In this document: in pieces, positions 20,074 to 30,288 of the stretch
How positions within the stretch are numbered: position 1 is the stretch's first letter
How the letters are laid out: the number at the start of each line of letters is the position of its first letter
Assembly: GCA_005881215.1 (NCBI GenBank)
Contig: VBDZ01000013.1
Span: forward strand, 1 to 52,395
From: Chloroflexota bacterium
GTDB taxonomy: Bacteria; Chloroflexota; Dormibacteria; CF-121
DNA length: 52,395 nt
Reading direction: 5' to 3'
Translations under genes and position numbers: made by a program
The notes under the pieces: model-generated
Told to the model about the DNA's origin: nothing
What the model saw: the letters and a program-made list of their open reading frames with translations, nothing else
Database searches by the model: none

Positions 20074-22512
20074 CTAGAGCGAGGGCTGGGGCGGCTCGGG
20101 TCGGAGCTGGTCGTCGGCGTTGGCCGCGGCGGCTTCTTCCACCGCGACGGGCTCGGTCAGTTCCGGCAGCATGATGGTGTCGGACTTCGGCAGCAGCGCC
20201 ACGGCGATCACCTCGTCCATGGTCTTGACGAACTTAAAGGTCAGCCGCTTGCGGATGTCGGCCGGAATGTCCACCAGGTCGGGCTGGTTGTCCTCCGGCA
20301 AGACGATGTTCTGGATCCCGATCCGGTGAGCCGCCAGCACCTTCTCCTTGAGCCCGCCGATCGGCAGCACCCGGCCGCGCAGGGTGATCTCGCCGGTCAG
20401 CGCCACATCGGCGCGGATCGGCCGCTGGCAGAGCGCCGAGATGATCGCCAGCGCCATCGAGATTCCGGCGGAGGGCCCGTCTTTCGGAATCGCCCCCTTC
20501 GGAATGTGAATGTGCAAATCGAGCTTCTCTCGAAAATCCACCGCGATGCCGAGTGCCTCCGCGTTCGAGCGCGCATAGGAGAGCGCGGCGCGCGCCGACT
20601 CCTGCATCACCTCGCCCATCTGCCCGGTCAGGTTCAGGTTGCCCTTTCCCGGCATGGTGATGACCTCGATGGTGAGCAGCACCCCGCCGACTTCGGTCCA
20701 GGCCAGGCCGTTGGCCACGCCGATCAGCGGCTCCTTGTGTCCCTCGTCGGGTTTGTAGCGCGGCGGACCGAGCAGGTCATCCAGGCGATTCGGGGTGATC
20801 GACACCCGCCGCGTCTTGCCACCGACGACCTCACGGGCGACCTTGCGGCAGACACCAGCGATCGATCGCTCGAGGTTGCGGACCCCGGCTTCGCTGGTGT
20901 AGCGGCTGATGATGGTCGAGAGTGAACCACGGGTAAAGTCGATGTGCTTGTCCGTCAGCCCGTGGTCGTTCAGTTGCTTGGGCACGAGAAACTCGCGGGC
21001 GATCACCATTTTCTCTTCCGTCGTGTAGCCGGGCAGGTTGATCACTTCCATCCGGTCGAGCAGCGGCCGGGGAATCGAGTAATAGACGTTCGCCGTGGTG
21101 ATGAAGAGCACCTCGGAGAGATCGAACGGGATCTCGAGGTAGTGATCGGAAAAGTGCCGGTTCTGCTCCGGGTCCAGCACCTCGAGCATCGCCGACGCCG
21201 GGTCGCCCCGGAAGTCCGACGACATCTTGTCGATCTCGTCGAGTAAGAACACCGGGTTGCGGGTGCCGGCTTCGCGCAAACCCTTGATGATCCGCCCGGG
21301 CATGGAGCCGACGTAGGTGCGCCGGTGACCGCGGATCTCCGCTTCATCAGACACGCCGCCGAGCGAGGCGCGCACGAACTGGCGGCCCAGGGCTCGGGCG
21401 ATCGAGCGGCCGAGGCTGGTCTTGCCCACCCCGGGTGGGCCGATGAAGCAGAGGATCGGCCCCTTCGGGGATTTCGTCAGCTGGCGGACGGCGAGGAACT
21501 CCAGGATGCGTTCTTTGATCTTTCGCAACCCGTGGTGGTCCTCGTCGAGAACTTTCTCGGCGGCCCGCAGATCGGTGACGTCCTCACTCGATGTCTGCCA
21601 GGGGAGCGAGACCACCAGGTCCAGGTAGTTGTGCAGCACGGAGACTTCCGGCGAGCCGGGAGGCATCCGCTCCAGGCGATCGACGTCCTTGAGCAGGCGG
21701 TCCTCGATGGCGGCGGCGAGTTCCAGCCCCCTGACTTTCTCCCGCAGCTCGTCGAGCTCGCTGAGATGTGCCTCTTCCCCGCCGAGCTCTTCCTGGATCA
21801 CCCGCATCTGTTCCTTCAGGTAGAACTCCTTCTGGCGGCGGTCGATCTGCTGCCGGACCCGCTGGCGAATACTGCGATCCATGTCGAGGATCTCGATTTC
21901 GCGCTGCAGCACGCTGGAGAGCTTTTCGAGTCGCTCGTTCATCTGGAAGGTTTCCAGTACGTCCTGTTTGTCGGTCACGCCAATGCTCAAATTCGCGGCG
22001 ACGATGTCGGCGAGTCGCCCGGCGTCTTCCACTCCCCGCGCCGTCAGGTTGACCTCGGGTGGGACTTTCTTATCCAGCTCGACGTAGCGATCGAAGAGGT
22101 CGACCACCCCGCGCATCAAGGCCTCGAGCTCCGACGAGGGCTGAATGTCCTCGTCGAGCAGGGCGACCTCGACCCGGAGGTGCGGTTCGGTCTCCAGGAA
22201 ACGCTCGATCACGGCACGCGAGGAGCCCTCGATCAGGACCTTGATGGTGTTGTCCGGCAGCTTGAGCATCTGCACCACGTCGCCCATGACCCCAACCCGG
22301 TAGAGGTCCGGCTCGCGCGGGTCCTCGCAGTCAGCCCGGCGCTGAGTGCAGAGAAAAACCTGCTTACCTTGCGCCATGGCCGCTTCTAGCGCGGCCATCG
22401 ATCGCGCCCGCCCGACGTAAAGCGGGACGATCATGTGCGGGAAGAGAACGACGTTCTTGAGGGGAAGAAGTGGAAGCTGGACGGTGGCCGGCGCCCCGGT
22501 CACAGTCGGCAA
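20074..22512 (-). CDS. lon: ATP-dependent protease La (Lon)
   Basis: LPL...VLFP N-domain, [24 protein letters not shown] (catalytic Ser), GGLKEK (Lys). Confidence 0.98.
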   Translation of the reverse strand: MPTVTGAPATVQLPLLPLKNVVLFPHMIVPLYVGRARSMAALEAAMAQGKQVFLCTQRRADCEDPREPDLYRVGVMGDVVQMLKLPDNTIKVLIEGSSRAVIERFLETEPHLRVEVALLDEDIQPSSELEALMRGVVDLFDRYVELDKKVPPEVNLTARGVEDAGRLADIVAANLSIGVTDKQDVLETFQMNERLEKLSSVLQREIEILDMDRSIRQRVRQQIDRRQKEFYLKEQMRVIQEELGGEEAHLSELDELREKVRGLELAAAIEDRLLKDVDRLERMPPGSPEVSVLHNYLDLVVSLPWQTSSEDVTDLRAAEKVLDEDHHGLRKIKERILEFLAVRQLTKSPKGPILCFIGPPGVGKTSLGRSIARALGRQFVRASLGGVSDEAEIRGHRRTYVGSMPGRIIKGLREAGTRNPVFLLDEIDKMSSDFRGDPASAMLEVLDPEQNRHFSDHYLEIPFDLSEVLFITTANVYYSIPRPLLDRMEVINLPGYTTEEKMVIAREFLVPKQLNDHGLTDKHIDFTRGSLSTIISRYTSEAGVRNLERSIAGVCRKVAREVVGGKTRRVSITPNRLDDLLGPPRYKPDEGHKEPLIGVANGLAWTEVGGVLLTIEVITMPGKGNLNLTGQMGEVMQESARAALSYARSNAEALGIAVDFREKLDLHIHIPKGAIPKDGPSAGISMALAIISALCQRPIRADVALTGEITLRGRVLPIGGLKEKVLAAHRIGIQNIVLPEDNQPDLVDIPADIRKRLTFKFVKTMDEVIAVALLPKSDTIMLPELTEPVAVEEAAAANADDQLRPEPPQPSL

Positions 22513-22519
22513 CGACGAC

Positions 22520-23791
22520 CTACGCGGTCTGCTCGGGGGCGATCTCCTCGAGCTCTTCCTCCGAGTACATCTCGGGCTCCGTGCTGAAGTTGACCGACTT
22601 CTCTGTGATGACGCATCGCTTGACCTCCGGGCGTGACGGAACTTCGAACATGGAGTTCAACAAGATGTCTTCGATGATGCTCTTCAGCCCGCGGGCCCCG
22701 GTGCCCCGCTGCAGCGCTTTCTTGGCGATGGCGGTCAGCGCCGCCGGCTCGAAAATCAACTGGACGTCATCCAGCGCGAAGAATTTCTGGTACTGCTTCA
22801 CGAACGCATTCTTCGGCTCGGTGAGGATCCGGATGATGTCGGACTCGTCCAGGTAGTCGAGGGTCACGCCGATCGGCAGCCGGCCGACGAACTCGGGGAT
22901 CAGCCCATATTTCAGCAAGTCCATCGGTTGCAGCTGCTTGAGAATCTTGGTCGTCTCCTTGTTGCGGTTGGCGTGAACCTCGGAGCCGAACCCGATCTGC
23001 TTGTGGCCGATGCGGTGCTCGATGATCCGCTCCAGGCCGTCGAAGGCGCCGCCGCAGATAAAGAGGATGTTGGTGGTATTGATCTGGATGAAGTCCTGGT
23101 GCGGGTGCTTGCGACCACCCTGCGGGGGAACGTTGGCGATCGTGCCCTCGAGGATCTTGAGCAGGGCCTGCTGCACCCCCTCGCCCGAGACGTCGCGGGT
23201 GATGGAGGGGTTGTCGGACTTGCGGGCGATCTTGTCGATCTCGTCGATATAGATGATGCCGCGCTCGGCGCGGGCGATATCGAAGTCCGCCGCCTGGATC
23301 AGGCGCAGCAGAATATTTTCGACGTCCTCACCGACGTAGCCGGCCTCGGTCAGGGAAGTGGCGTCGGCGATCGAGAAGGGCACGTCGATGATCTTGGCCA
23401 GCGTCTGGGCCAGCAGGGTCTTGCCGCAGCCGGTCGGGCCGACCAGCAGGACGTTGGACTTTTGGAGCTCGACGTCGCCCGCCATCTTGCTGTGGGCGAT
23501 TCGCTTGTAGTGGTTGTAGACCGCGACCGAGAGGACCCGCTTGGCGTGATCCTGGCCGACGACGTACTGGTCGAGCGCGGCGTTGATGGTCTTCGGGTTC
23601 GGTATCAGCCCGCCCTTGGTCCGCTTCTGCGAGGTGGTCTTGGTGTCTTCTTCCAGGACTTCCTGGCAGAGGTCGATGCACTGATCGCAGATGTAGACGC
23701 CCGGACCGGCGACCAGCTTACGCACCTGGGACTGGTCCTTCCCGCAGAAGGAGCAGCGGGTGTGCCGGCGGCGATCCTCGCGTTCGTTCAT
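22520..23791 (-). CDS. clpX: ATP-dependent Clp protease ATP-binding subunit ClpX
   Basis: CSFCGK zinc domain, [33 protein letters not shown] loop. Confidence 0.98.
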   Translation of the reverse strand: MNEREDRRRHTRCSFCGKDQSQVRKLVAGPGVYICDQCIDLCQEVLEEDTKTTSQKRTKGGLIPNPKTINAALDQYVVGQDHAKRVLSVAVYNHYKRIAHSKMAGDVELQKSNVLLVGPTGCGKTLLAQTLAKIIDVPFSIADATSLTEAGYVGEDVENILLRLIQAADFDIARAERGIIYIDEIDKIARKSDNPSITRDVSGEGVQQALLKILEGTIANVPPQGGRKHPHQDFIQINTTNILFICGGAFDGLERIIEHRIGHKQIGFGSEVHANRNKETTKILKQLQPMDLLKYGLIPEFVGRLPIGVTLDYLDESDIIRILTEPKNAFVKQYQKFFALDDVQLIFEPAALTAIAKKALQRGTGARGLKSIIEDILLNSMFEVPSRPEVKRCVITEKSVNFSTEPEMYSEEELEEIAPEQTA

Positions 23792-24513
23792 CGGGATGTC
23801 TTCGGCCCCTCGCGTTCCGGTTCGGGGCGCGGCTCCGGCCGGCCACTGCCCGCGGTGCTGAGCTCGAGACGGCCATCCTTGGCCGCGGGATCGGTCGGCC
23901 GGGCGGTGCTCAGGATGATGTCGTCGATGATGCCGTAGCTCTTGGCTTCCTCGGCGCTCATGAAGAAGTCGCGCTCGGTGTCGCGCTCGATCTTCTCGAT
24001 CGGCTGGCCGGTATGCTCCGCCAGGATATCGTTGAGTGTCTTGCGGATGCGGAGGATCTCCTGGGCATGGATCTGGATGTCGGTCGCCTGGCCCTGGAAT
24101 CCCCCCGACGGCTGATGGATCAGGATGCGGGTGTTGGGCAGCGCGAAGCGCATCCCCTTGGTGCCGCCGGCAAGCAGGACCGTCGCCATGCTGGCGGCCA
24201 GCCCCATGCAGACCGTCGAAACTCGCGGGCTCACGTATCGCATGGTGTCGTAAATCGCCAGTCCGGCGGTGACGACGCCGCCCGGGCTGTTGATGTAGAT
24301 GTTGATGTCCTTGTCGGGGTCCTCGGAGGCGAGGAAGAGCAACTGCGCCATGACGACGTTCGCGACCTGGTCGTCGATCGGCGTACCGATGAAGATGATG
24401 CGATCCTTGAGCAGCCGCGAGTAAATATCGAAGGCGCGCTCGCCGCGGTTGGTGGTCTCGATGACCATGGGGATGAGTGCTTCGGGACGCCGGCTGAGCC
24501 GTTCGAAATTCAT
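23788..24513 (-). CDS. clpP: ATP-dependent Clp protease proteolytic subunit
   Basis: [34 protein letters not shown]; GGAG SD before ATG 24513. Confidence 0.97.
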   Translation of the reverse strand: MNFERLSRRPEALIPMVIETTNRGERAFDIYSRLLKDRIIFIGTPIDDQVANVVMAQLLFLASEDPDKDINIYINSPGGVVTAGLAIYDTMRYVSPRVSTVCMGLAASMATVLLAGGTKGMRFALPNTRILIHQPSGGFQGQATDIQIHAQEILRIRKTLNDILAEHTGQPIEKIERDTERDFFMSAEEAKSYGIIDDIILSTARPTDPAAKDGRLELSTAGSGRPEPRPEPEREGPKTSR

Positions 24514-24532
24514 GCCTGCCTCTCCTGTCGTC

Positions 24533-24538
24533 ATTATA
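24533..24538 (-). promoter_or_regulatory. -10 element (TATAAT) of clpP-clpX-lon
   Basis: Perfect TATAAT in an AT-rich gap about 20 nt before the clpP start. Confidence 0.6.
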
Positions 24539-24595
24539 GGGTGCAATTCTTACAATCCAGTCTTCCGCGTACTCACTTTTGAATACGCATTTGAG

Positions 24596-25993
24596 TCAGC
24601 GTTCTTTCTTTCCCCTGGTCTGACGCTCCCCGCGCGAGGCCGACTTGCCCACTCCCTCGAGCTCTTTCGCTTCGGGAGGCGGCTCCATTGTATCGGACGC
24701 TTCTGGCGCCGCCACCGTACTCAAATAGTCAATGGTCTTTCGCATCAAAAGCTGGTGCCGAAAGTACGCCCGTACCGGGTCGGCAGTTCGGAGATCCCCG
24801 TGTCGATGGCCGGCGTGATCTTCCTCCGCCAGGGCGTTTTGGACCGCCTGCTCGACCTCGGCGTCTGAGACCGTGAGTCCCTCGCGGTCGGCGACGGTTT
24901 CCAGCGCCAGCTCGAGCCGGACCTTTTGCACCGCCTGGGGGCGCTGCTCCGCCTTCAGCACGTCGAGCGAGGTGTTGGTGTATTCGAGATAGCGGTCGAT
25001 CTTGACGCCCTGATCCTGCAGGCGCAGCTCGAGCTCGCGGGTCCGCCGGTTGACCTCGCGCTCGATCAGCGCCTCCGGGATCTCCGCCTCCATCCGCTCG
25101 TCCAGCGCCTTCAGGACGTCGTTCTCGAAGCGCTGCTCGTCCGCCTGGTGGGCGGCCTCCTGCAGCTCGTCGTGGACTTCTTGTCGTAACTCGTCGAGCG
25201 TTTGCCCTCGACCGACTTGCTTGGCCAGCTCATCGTCGAGCGGTGGCAACCGCCGTTCCTTGATCGACTTGACCGTGACGCGAAAGACGACGTCGGACCC
25301 GGCGAGGTCTTTCTTTGGATAGTCGGCCGGCAGCGTCAGGCGGATGTCCCGCGTCTCACTCACCGCCTGTCCGATCAGTCCTTCCGCGAGCCCCGGGATC
25401 AGGCGCTCTTTGTCGACCTCGAGCTGCGCGTCGGTCTGGCTCTCGCCGATCAGCACCGCGCCCGATTTCAGGATGTGGGTATCGACCGTGAGGAAATCGC
25501 CGGCCTGCACCGGCCGTTCGACCGCGTGCAGCTCGGCGAACCGCAACCGCAACCGCTCGATCGCCTCGTCGACGTCCTTGTCGACGATCTCGGTGTTCGG
25601 CCGCGGGACCCGGATGTCGTGGTAGTCCTTGAGCGCGATCTCGGGCTTGATCGAGACCGTGGCCGTGAACTTCATCGGCTGTCCGCGATCGAACTGCTGC
25701 ACCTCGACCCGCGGCACATCGATCGGATCGAGGCCGGCTTCGTCGAGCGCCGAGTTATACGCCGTCGGCAATAAGAGGTCGAGCGCCTCCTGGCGCAAGG
25801 TGGGCCAGCCGATCTCGCGCTCGATCATCGGGCGCGGCGCCTTCCCCGGGCGGAACCCGGCAATCCTCACCCGGGGCGCCAGCCGGCTATAGGCCTGGTC
25901 GATCGAGCTTGATACCTGGTCGGCGTCGACCTCGACCGATAGCACCACCTGGGAACCGGGCTTACGCTCGGTATCGACTTTCACCGCTGCCAC
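24596..25993 (-). CDS. tig: trigger factor
   Basis: GFRPGKAP signature, FKBP domain (LIPGLAEGLIG, PADY), tig-clpP-clpX-lon synteny. Confidence 0.97.
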   Translation of the reverse strand: MAAVKVDTERKPGSQVVLSVEVDADQVSSSIDQAYSRLAPRVRIAGFRPGKAPRPMIEREIGWPTLRQEALDLLLPTAYNSALDEAGLDPIDVPRVEVQQFDRGQPMKFTATVSIKPEIALKDYHDIRVPRPNTEIVDKDVDEAIERLRLRFAELHAVERPVQAGDFLTVDTHILKSGAVLIGESQTDAQLEVDKERLIPGLAEGLIGQAVSETRDIRLTLPADYPKKDLAGSDVVFRVTVKSIKERRLPPLDDELAKQVGRGQTLDELRQEVHDELQEAAHQADEQRFENDVLKALDERMEAEIPEALIEREVNRRTRELELRLQDQGVKIDRYLEYTNTSLDVLKAEQRPQAVQKVRLELALETVADREGLTVSDAEVEQAVQNALAEEDHAGHRHGDLRTADPVRAYFRHQLLMRKTIDYLSTVAAPEASDTMEPPPEAKELEGVGKSASRGERQTRGKKER

Positions 25994-26030
25994 GGAGCTT
26001 TACGCTATCAGTTCAAGCTCAAAACGCCAA

Positions 26031-26049
26031 CGTCTAGGTGGCCTAGACG
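26031..26049 (-). terminator. hairpin after tRNA-Leu (possible terminator or processing stem)
   Basis: CGTCTAGG-3 nt-CCTAGACG perfect stem followed by TTGGCGTTTT on the minus strand. Confidence 0.5.
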
Positions 26050-26054
26050 CAGCT

Positions 26055-26139
26055 TGGTGCGGGCGAGAGGACTCGAACCTCCATGGCTTGCGCCACACGG
26101 TCCTAAGCCGTGCGCCTGTACCAGTTCGGCTACGCCCGC
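26055..26139 (-). tRNA. tRNA-Leu (TAG), CCA encoded
   Basis: GCGGGCG acceptor stem, anticodon arm CACGG-CTTAGGA-CCGTG, long variable arm, GGTTCGAGTCC T-arm, 3' ACCA. Confidence 0.97.
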
Positions 26140-26176
26140 AGGCGCACATCAGAATATCGCGACGTAACATGACCCG

Positions 26177-27079
26177 GTGAGCGCGCTCGCCATCGCGCCC
26201 GCGGTTCGTGACACGATCGCCTCCGGTGGCGCCGTGGTCGCCCTCGAATCCGCGGTGATCACCCACGGTCTTCCCGGGGCGGCGGCGCTGGATGCGGTGC
26301 GCCGCCAGTGGACCGCCTCCCAGGAAGCGGGCGCCACGCCGGCGGTGGTGGCGGTCTTCGACGGTCAGCTGCGCGTCGGCCTGTCGCTCGAGGAATGTAC
26401 GGCGCTCGCCCAACGGACCGACACGGTGAAGGTCTCGCCCTGGAACCTCGGGGCGGCACTCACCTCGCCGCGATTCGGTGGAACCACCGTGGCTGCCACC
26501 GTCCAGGCCGCGGCGCTGGCCGGGCTGCGGGTCGTCAGCACCGGCGGCATTGGAGGCGTCCATCCGGGTGATGGCCAGGATGTGTCAGCGGATCTTTCCG
26601 AGCTCAGCCGCCGCTCGGTGTGCGTCGTCTGCGCCGGACCCAAATCGACGCTGGACGCGGCCGCCACACTCGAGCGACTCGAGACCCTGGGGGTGCCGGT
26701 GATCGGCTGGCGGTCGCTGGTGCTGGCCGGCTTTCTCGCGGCATCGGCCGGGTTGCGCTTGTCATCGCGCGTCGACACGGTCGACGAGCTCGCGCAACTG
26801 CTGGGCCAGCACTGGGAGCTCGGCGGCGTCGGGGTCGTCGTCAGCCAGCCCCTCGCCGGCGACCTGGCGATCCCCTCGTCTGAGCTGGCGGCCGCCGAAA
26901 CTGCGTCGGCTCGCGGGCCGGAGCGGACGCCGGCCGAGTTGCGCCACCTGCAGGCCCGGCTCGGTGAGCGGGTGATCGAGGCCAACCTCGCCCTGCTCGA
27001 GCGCAATGCCGCGCTCGCCGGCTCGCTGGCCGTGGCGCTCGGCCGGGTCATGTCGCCGATGGATGCCAGGCATGGCTGA
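26177..27079 (+). CDS. psuG: pseudouridine-5'-phosphate glycosidase
   Basis: VVALES.VITHGLP, GGTTVAAT, TGGIGGVH, DVSADL, AG.KS.LD, TLE.LET.GVPV. Confidence 0.9.
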   Translation: MSALAIAPAVRDTIASGGAVVALESAVITHGLPGAAALDAVRRQWTASQEAGATPAVVAVFDGQLRVGLSLEECTALAQRTDTVKVSPWNLGAALTSPRFGGTTVAATVQAAALAGLRVVSTGGIGGVHPGDGQDVSADLSELSRRSVCVVCAGPKSTLDAAATLERLETLGVPVIGWRSLVLAGFLAASAGLRLSSRVDTVDELAQLLGQHWELGGVGVVVSQPLAGDLAIPSSELAAAETASARGPERTPAELRHLQARLGERVIEANLALLERNAALAGSLAVALGRVMSPMDARHG

Positions 27080-27275
27080 CCTTCCACCGACCGAGGAGCA
27101 GCTCCGGCGACTGAAGAACACGGTGATGGGCGCCGGCCATCGACTGTCGCAGATCGCCCGGTCTCGGGAGCTGCATCCGGGGGAAGCGACCGAGCTGGCC
27201 GCGATCACCCGCGAGCTGGAGGACGCGGTCGGACGCCTAGAGCGGCTGCTGGCCACCCTCCGGCGTAACGGGTAG
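27072..27275 (+). CDS. small helical hypothetical protein (67 aa)
   Basis: ATG overlaps the psuG 3' end; amphipathic helical pattern, GC-biased codon usage. Confidence 0.6.
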   Translation: MADLPPTEEQLRRLKNTVMGAGHRLSQIARSRELHPGEATELAAITRELEDAVGRLERLLATLRRNG

Positions 27276-27611
27276 CGGCTCCGGCTGCAGCGCGCGGAAG
27301 ACCGCGGCGGCGGCACCGATGGCGACGATCAGGCAGCCGGCGGCCGCGGTGAACAGCCCGATGATGACGAGTGGTGCCGTGCTGTGGCCGGCGGTGAGAT
27401 AGAGCGCCGCGGCCAGGGTCCAGAACCCCGTCAACGAGGTGGCCAGCCGCGCCCAGAGCGGGGCGGCCTTCAGGTAACGCTCGTGGGTGCCAAGTTCCAA
27501 CGGCAGGCGCTCGGCCCACTCCGGACGGAATGCCCAGGCGGCGGCCAGCGCCGCCCAGCCAGCGGCGTTGAGCAGGGCAAACAGGCTGAGCAGTCCCCGC
27601 ACCAGGTCCAT
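27237..27611 (-). CDS. small membrane protein (3 TM)
   Basis: Three hydrophobic segments, typical codon usage. Confidence 0.65.
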   Translation of the reverse strand: MDLVRGLLSLFALLNAAGWAALAAAWAFRPEWAERLPLELGTHERYLKAAPLWARLATSLTGFWTLAAALYLTAGHSTAPLVIIGLFTAAAGCLIVAIGAAAAVFRALQPEPLPVTPEGGQQPL

Positions 27612-27674
27612 GGCAGCGCAACGATGGCGGGTCGCCGACCCTACGTCCGCTACCCGGCTTTCACCATGCCGTTG

Positions 27675-28694
27675 CTAGTCGAGAACCGCCCGTAGCCGGT
27701 CGGCCGACTCCTCAGCCAGGGTGTCGTTGATGAAGACCCCCGCGCCCGATTCCGAACCGGCCAGGTATTTCAGTTTCCCCTGGTCGCGCAGCACGGGATA
27801 GAACTCGACGTGCAGATGCCCCTGCGCAACCGGCCGCCCGGCGGACGCCTGGTGCATGGCCATCATGTAGGGCATCGGGACCTGAAAGAGCCGGTCGTAG
27901 GCCCGGGCGATCCGCTGCATCGCCGAGACCAGCGCCCGCCGGCCCGCCGGTGTCAGCGAGGGGAGCGCCTCCCGATGGGCCCGGGTCGCCACATGGACCT
28001 CGTAGGGCCAGCGGGCATAGCCGGGGACATACGCGACGATGCCGCTCGCGTTGATCAGGATGCGACGCCGTCCCTTCAGCTCATCCGCGACCAGCCGGCA
28101 TTGCAGGCATCCTGGCGTCTGCCGGCGCAGCTCCCCGGCCGCCACCGGCGGGATGAAGGGATACGCGTAGATCTGCCCATGCGGGTGATGCAGGGTGACC
28201 CCCACCTGCTCGCCGCGGTTCTCAAAGATGAACACGTAGCGGATCCCGCGCCGGCTGCTGAGGTCCCGATAACGATCGGTCCAGACCTCCGCCAGCTGCG
28301 CCAGGCGATCGGCCGGCAGGGTGGCAAACGAGCCCTCGTGCTCGTCGGTGTAGACCACCACCTCGCACAACCCGCCGGCCGGACGGGCCGGCACCATCGC
28401 CGGGAATCGGTTCTCAAAAACGGCGGCCTCAAAATGCGACGCCGGAATCTCGGATGAATGGCCGGGACGCGAGGGGCACAGAGGGCAGTCGGTCCGCTCC
28501 GGCAGGAAGGTGCGGCCCTGACGCGACGCGGCGACCAGCACCCATTCGCGGCGGAGCGGATTCCAGCGTCGTTGATAGGTCCCGTTCGGCATCGACGGCG
28601 CCTGATAATCCGCGGGTGGCGGCGCGTACGCACCGTAGAGATACACGTGCCGGCCGTCCGGTTGGACGATGTCGGTGCGGACCGCGCGCGGCAT
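27675..28694 (-). CDS. galT: galactose-1-phosphate uridylyltransferase
   Basis: RRWNPL..EWV, CPLCP, FENRFP, FENRG, HPHGQ catalytic motif, KYLAGSE. Confidence 0.95.
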   Translation of the reverse strand: MPRAVRTDIVQPDGRHVYLYGAYAPPPADYQAPSMPNGTYQRRWNPLRREWVLVAASRQGRTFLPERTDCPLCPSRPGHSSEIPASHFEAAVFENRFPAMVPARPAGGLCEVVVYTDEHEGSFATLPADRLAQLAEVWTDRYRDLSSRRGIRYVFIFENRGEQVGVTLHHPHGQIYAYPFIPPVAAGELRRQTPGCLQCRLVADELKGRRRILINASGIVAYVPGYARWPYEVHVATRAHREALPSLTPAGRRALVSAMQRIARAYDRLFQVPMPYMMAMHQASAGRPVAQGHLHVEFYPVLRDQGKLKYLAGSESGAGVFINDTLAEESADRLRAVLD

Positions 28695-28749
28695 CGCGTG
28701 AATGATAAGCGCGGCCCTGCGGGGTCGCGATTCTGCTAATAAAGAAAAA

Positions 28750-28823
28750 TGCGCCCAGGAGGATTTGAACCCCCGCGCCCGGGTCCGTAGCCCGGTGCTC
28801 TATCCAGGCTGAGCTATGGGCGC
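28750..28823 (-). tRNA. tRNA-Arg (ACG), CCA not encoded
   Basis: GCGCCCA/TGGGCGC acceptor stem, anticodon arm CCGGG-CTACGGA-CCCGG, GGTTCAAATCC T-arm; followed by a T-rich trailer. Confidence 0.96.
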
Positions 28824-28835
28824 ATTGCGGAAGAC

Positions 28836-29435
28836 CTATTGTAGTTCGAACGTCGACAGCGTCGTGTAACGAGGCGGTCCCGATCCCAGCTGGCTCCGGA
28901 TCAGCCGGACCTCGTTGACGGGGACGGCGCCGAGCACCGGCTCCCGCCAGCGCGCCTGCCAGTCGGTGAGGAGCTTGCGTTGCGCACCCCGCAGCGGTCT
29001 CCGCACCCGGGCCAGGGTCAAATGCGGGTGGAACCGATCCTCGATCGCAAGGTCGGCGTCGCGCAAGGTCTTCCCCAGTTGCGACTGCAGCGTCATCAAG
29101 CGGGGCAGCTCGGCGCCAACCATTCCGGCCCACAGCACCTGTGCCCGCGCCAGGTTGGGAAAAGTGCCCACGCCCTGCGCCGAGACCGCAAACCGTTGAT
29201 GGCGGGCGACGACCGGCGCCAGGGCCGCCGGTAACCGTTCGACGTCGGCGACCGGCAGGTGGCCGAGGAAGTGCAGGGTGAGGTGCATCCGCTCGATGGG
29301 ATTGATCCGGAGGTAGTCCGCCAGCGGCAGCAGGTCATCGAGCGGACCCTGCAGACGGTTCCGAACCGCGTCAGGCAGCTCGATCGCGAGGAAGACCCGC
29401 CAGCGTTCGGGTTCAGCTGCCGGCGTGGCTGCCAA
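28836..29435 (-). CDS. thpR: RNA 2',3'-cyclic phosphodiesterase (2H family; start approximate)
   Basis: RVFLAI, two HLTL motifs, GTFP, VLWAG, GP.Y. Confidence 0.93.
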   Translation of the reverse strand: MAATPAAEPERWRVFLAIELPDAVRNRLQGPLDDLLPLADYLRINPIERMHLTLHFLGHLPVADVERLPAALAPVVARHQRFAVSAQGVGTFPNLARAQVLWAGMVGAELPRLMTLQSQLGKTLRDADLAIEDRFHPHLTLARVRRPLRGAQRKLLTDWQARWREPVLGAVPVNEVRLIRSQLGSGPPRYTTLSTFELQ

Positions 29436-30288
29436 CCTTGATGGCGAGCTTGCGGTCCCGCCGCAGCGCCGCCACGCGGTCATCGATGAACTTTGTAAAC
29501 CAGGTCGGCGTGCCCTGCGGGCTGAAGACGTCGACGGTCGGTGCCAGTACCAGGATGACCGCCAGGTGCACCTGGTCGGCCCGCCGCTCCAGCACGGTCG
29601 CGATCGTAAACCCGCGATCGGTCCGGATCATGCCACTGACGGTGCCGGTGGTCAGCGCCTGCACCGCGGTGGCAAGCGCCGGCTCAGGGAGATCGGCCGG
29701 GCGCAGCCAGCCGACGTCGCCACCTCGAGCGAACGTCCCGGCATCGTCGCTCCACCGGGCCGCCACCGACGAGAAGCTCTGTCCGGACTGCAGCTCGTGC
29801 GCCGCGGAGCCGGCGCGATCTTTCGCCATCGCCGTGACCAACGCGACTTCGGTCAGCAGCGCCCCTTGATAGGCCAGGAAACTCCCGGCGGTGAAGCCGT
29901 TGCGGCTGAGCGCCGCGGCGAACGCGGTGCCTCCGGCGCGCGCCCGTAAGGTATCGATGCGCGACTGGACCGCGTGATCGCTGACCGTGATACCGCGTTT
30001 CTCAGCTTCCAGATGGATCACCTCCTCCCGCACCAGCTGGTCGATGGTGAAGTCTTCCAACCGCTGGCTCGGCACCGGGCTCGGAATCGCCTCCGGGATG
30101 CCAAGGAACGGGTCGCGGTGGCGGCTCACCTCGAGTCGCGCCTGGTAGGCCTTCATCGAGATATCGTGGCCGTCCACAACGGCGGCGGCCGGCTCCGAAA
30201 ACGGAATCGAGACCGCCGGCCCGTTGCAGGCATTGAGCGCGCCGCCGAGGACCAGGAGCAGGACGCAGCGCCGCAAGGCGAGCCTCAT
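29413..30288 (-). CDS. PrsA/SurA-like foldase lipoprotein (parvulin PPIase)
   Basis: Lipobox LNAC, AVVDG..I, AEKRGITVSD, F..VA..WS.D..T..GGDVGW; TAATG coupling. Confidence 0.85.
   Translation of the reverse strand: MRLALRRCVLLLVLGGALNACNGPAVSIPFSEPAAAVVDGHDISMKAYQARLEVSRHRDPFLGIPEAIPSPVPSQRLEDFTIDQLVREEVIHLEAEKRGITVSDHAVQSRIDTLRARAGGTAFAAALSRNGFTAGSFLAYQGALLTEVALVTAMAKDRAGSAAHELQSGQSFSSVAARWSDDAGTFARGGDVGWLRPADLPEPALATAVQALTTGTVSGMIRTDRGFTIATVLERRADQVHLAVILVLAPTVDVFSPQGTPTWFTKFIDDRVAALRRDRKLAIKVGSHAGS

Noticed and set aside
24571-24596. ACTCA-N16-TGAGT inverted repeat upstream of clpP as an HspR/CtsR/CIRCE operator
   Set aside because: Orientation and spacing match none of these consensuses, and 5-bp arms are too short to support a call.
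26055-28823. Region between the two tRNAs as an integrated island
   Set aside because: No integrase and no duplicated tRNA 3' end was seen; the genes are ordinary metabolic ones.
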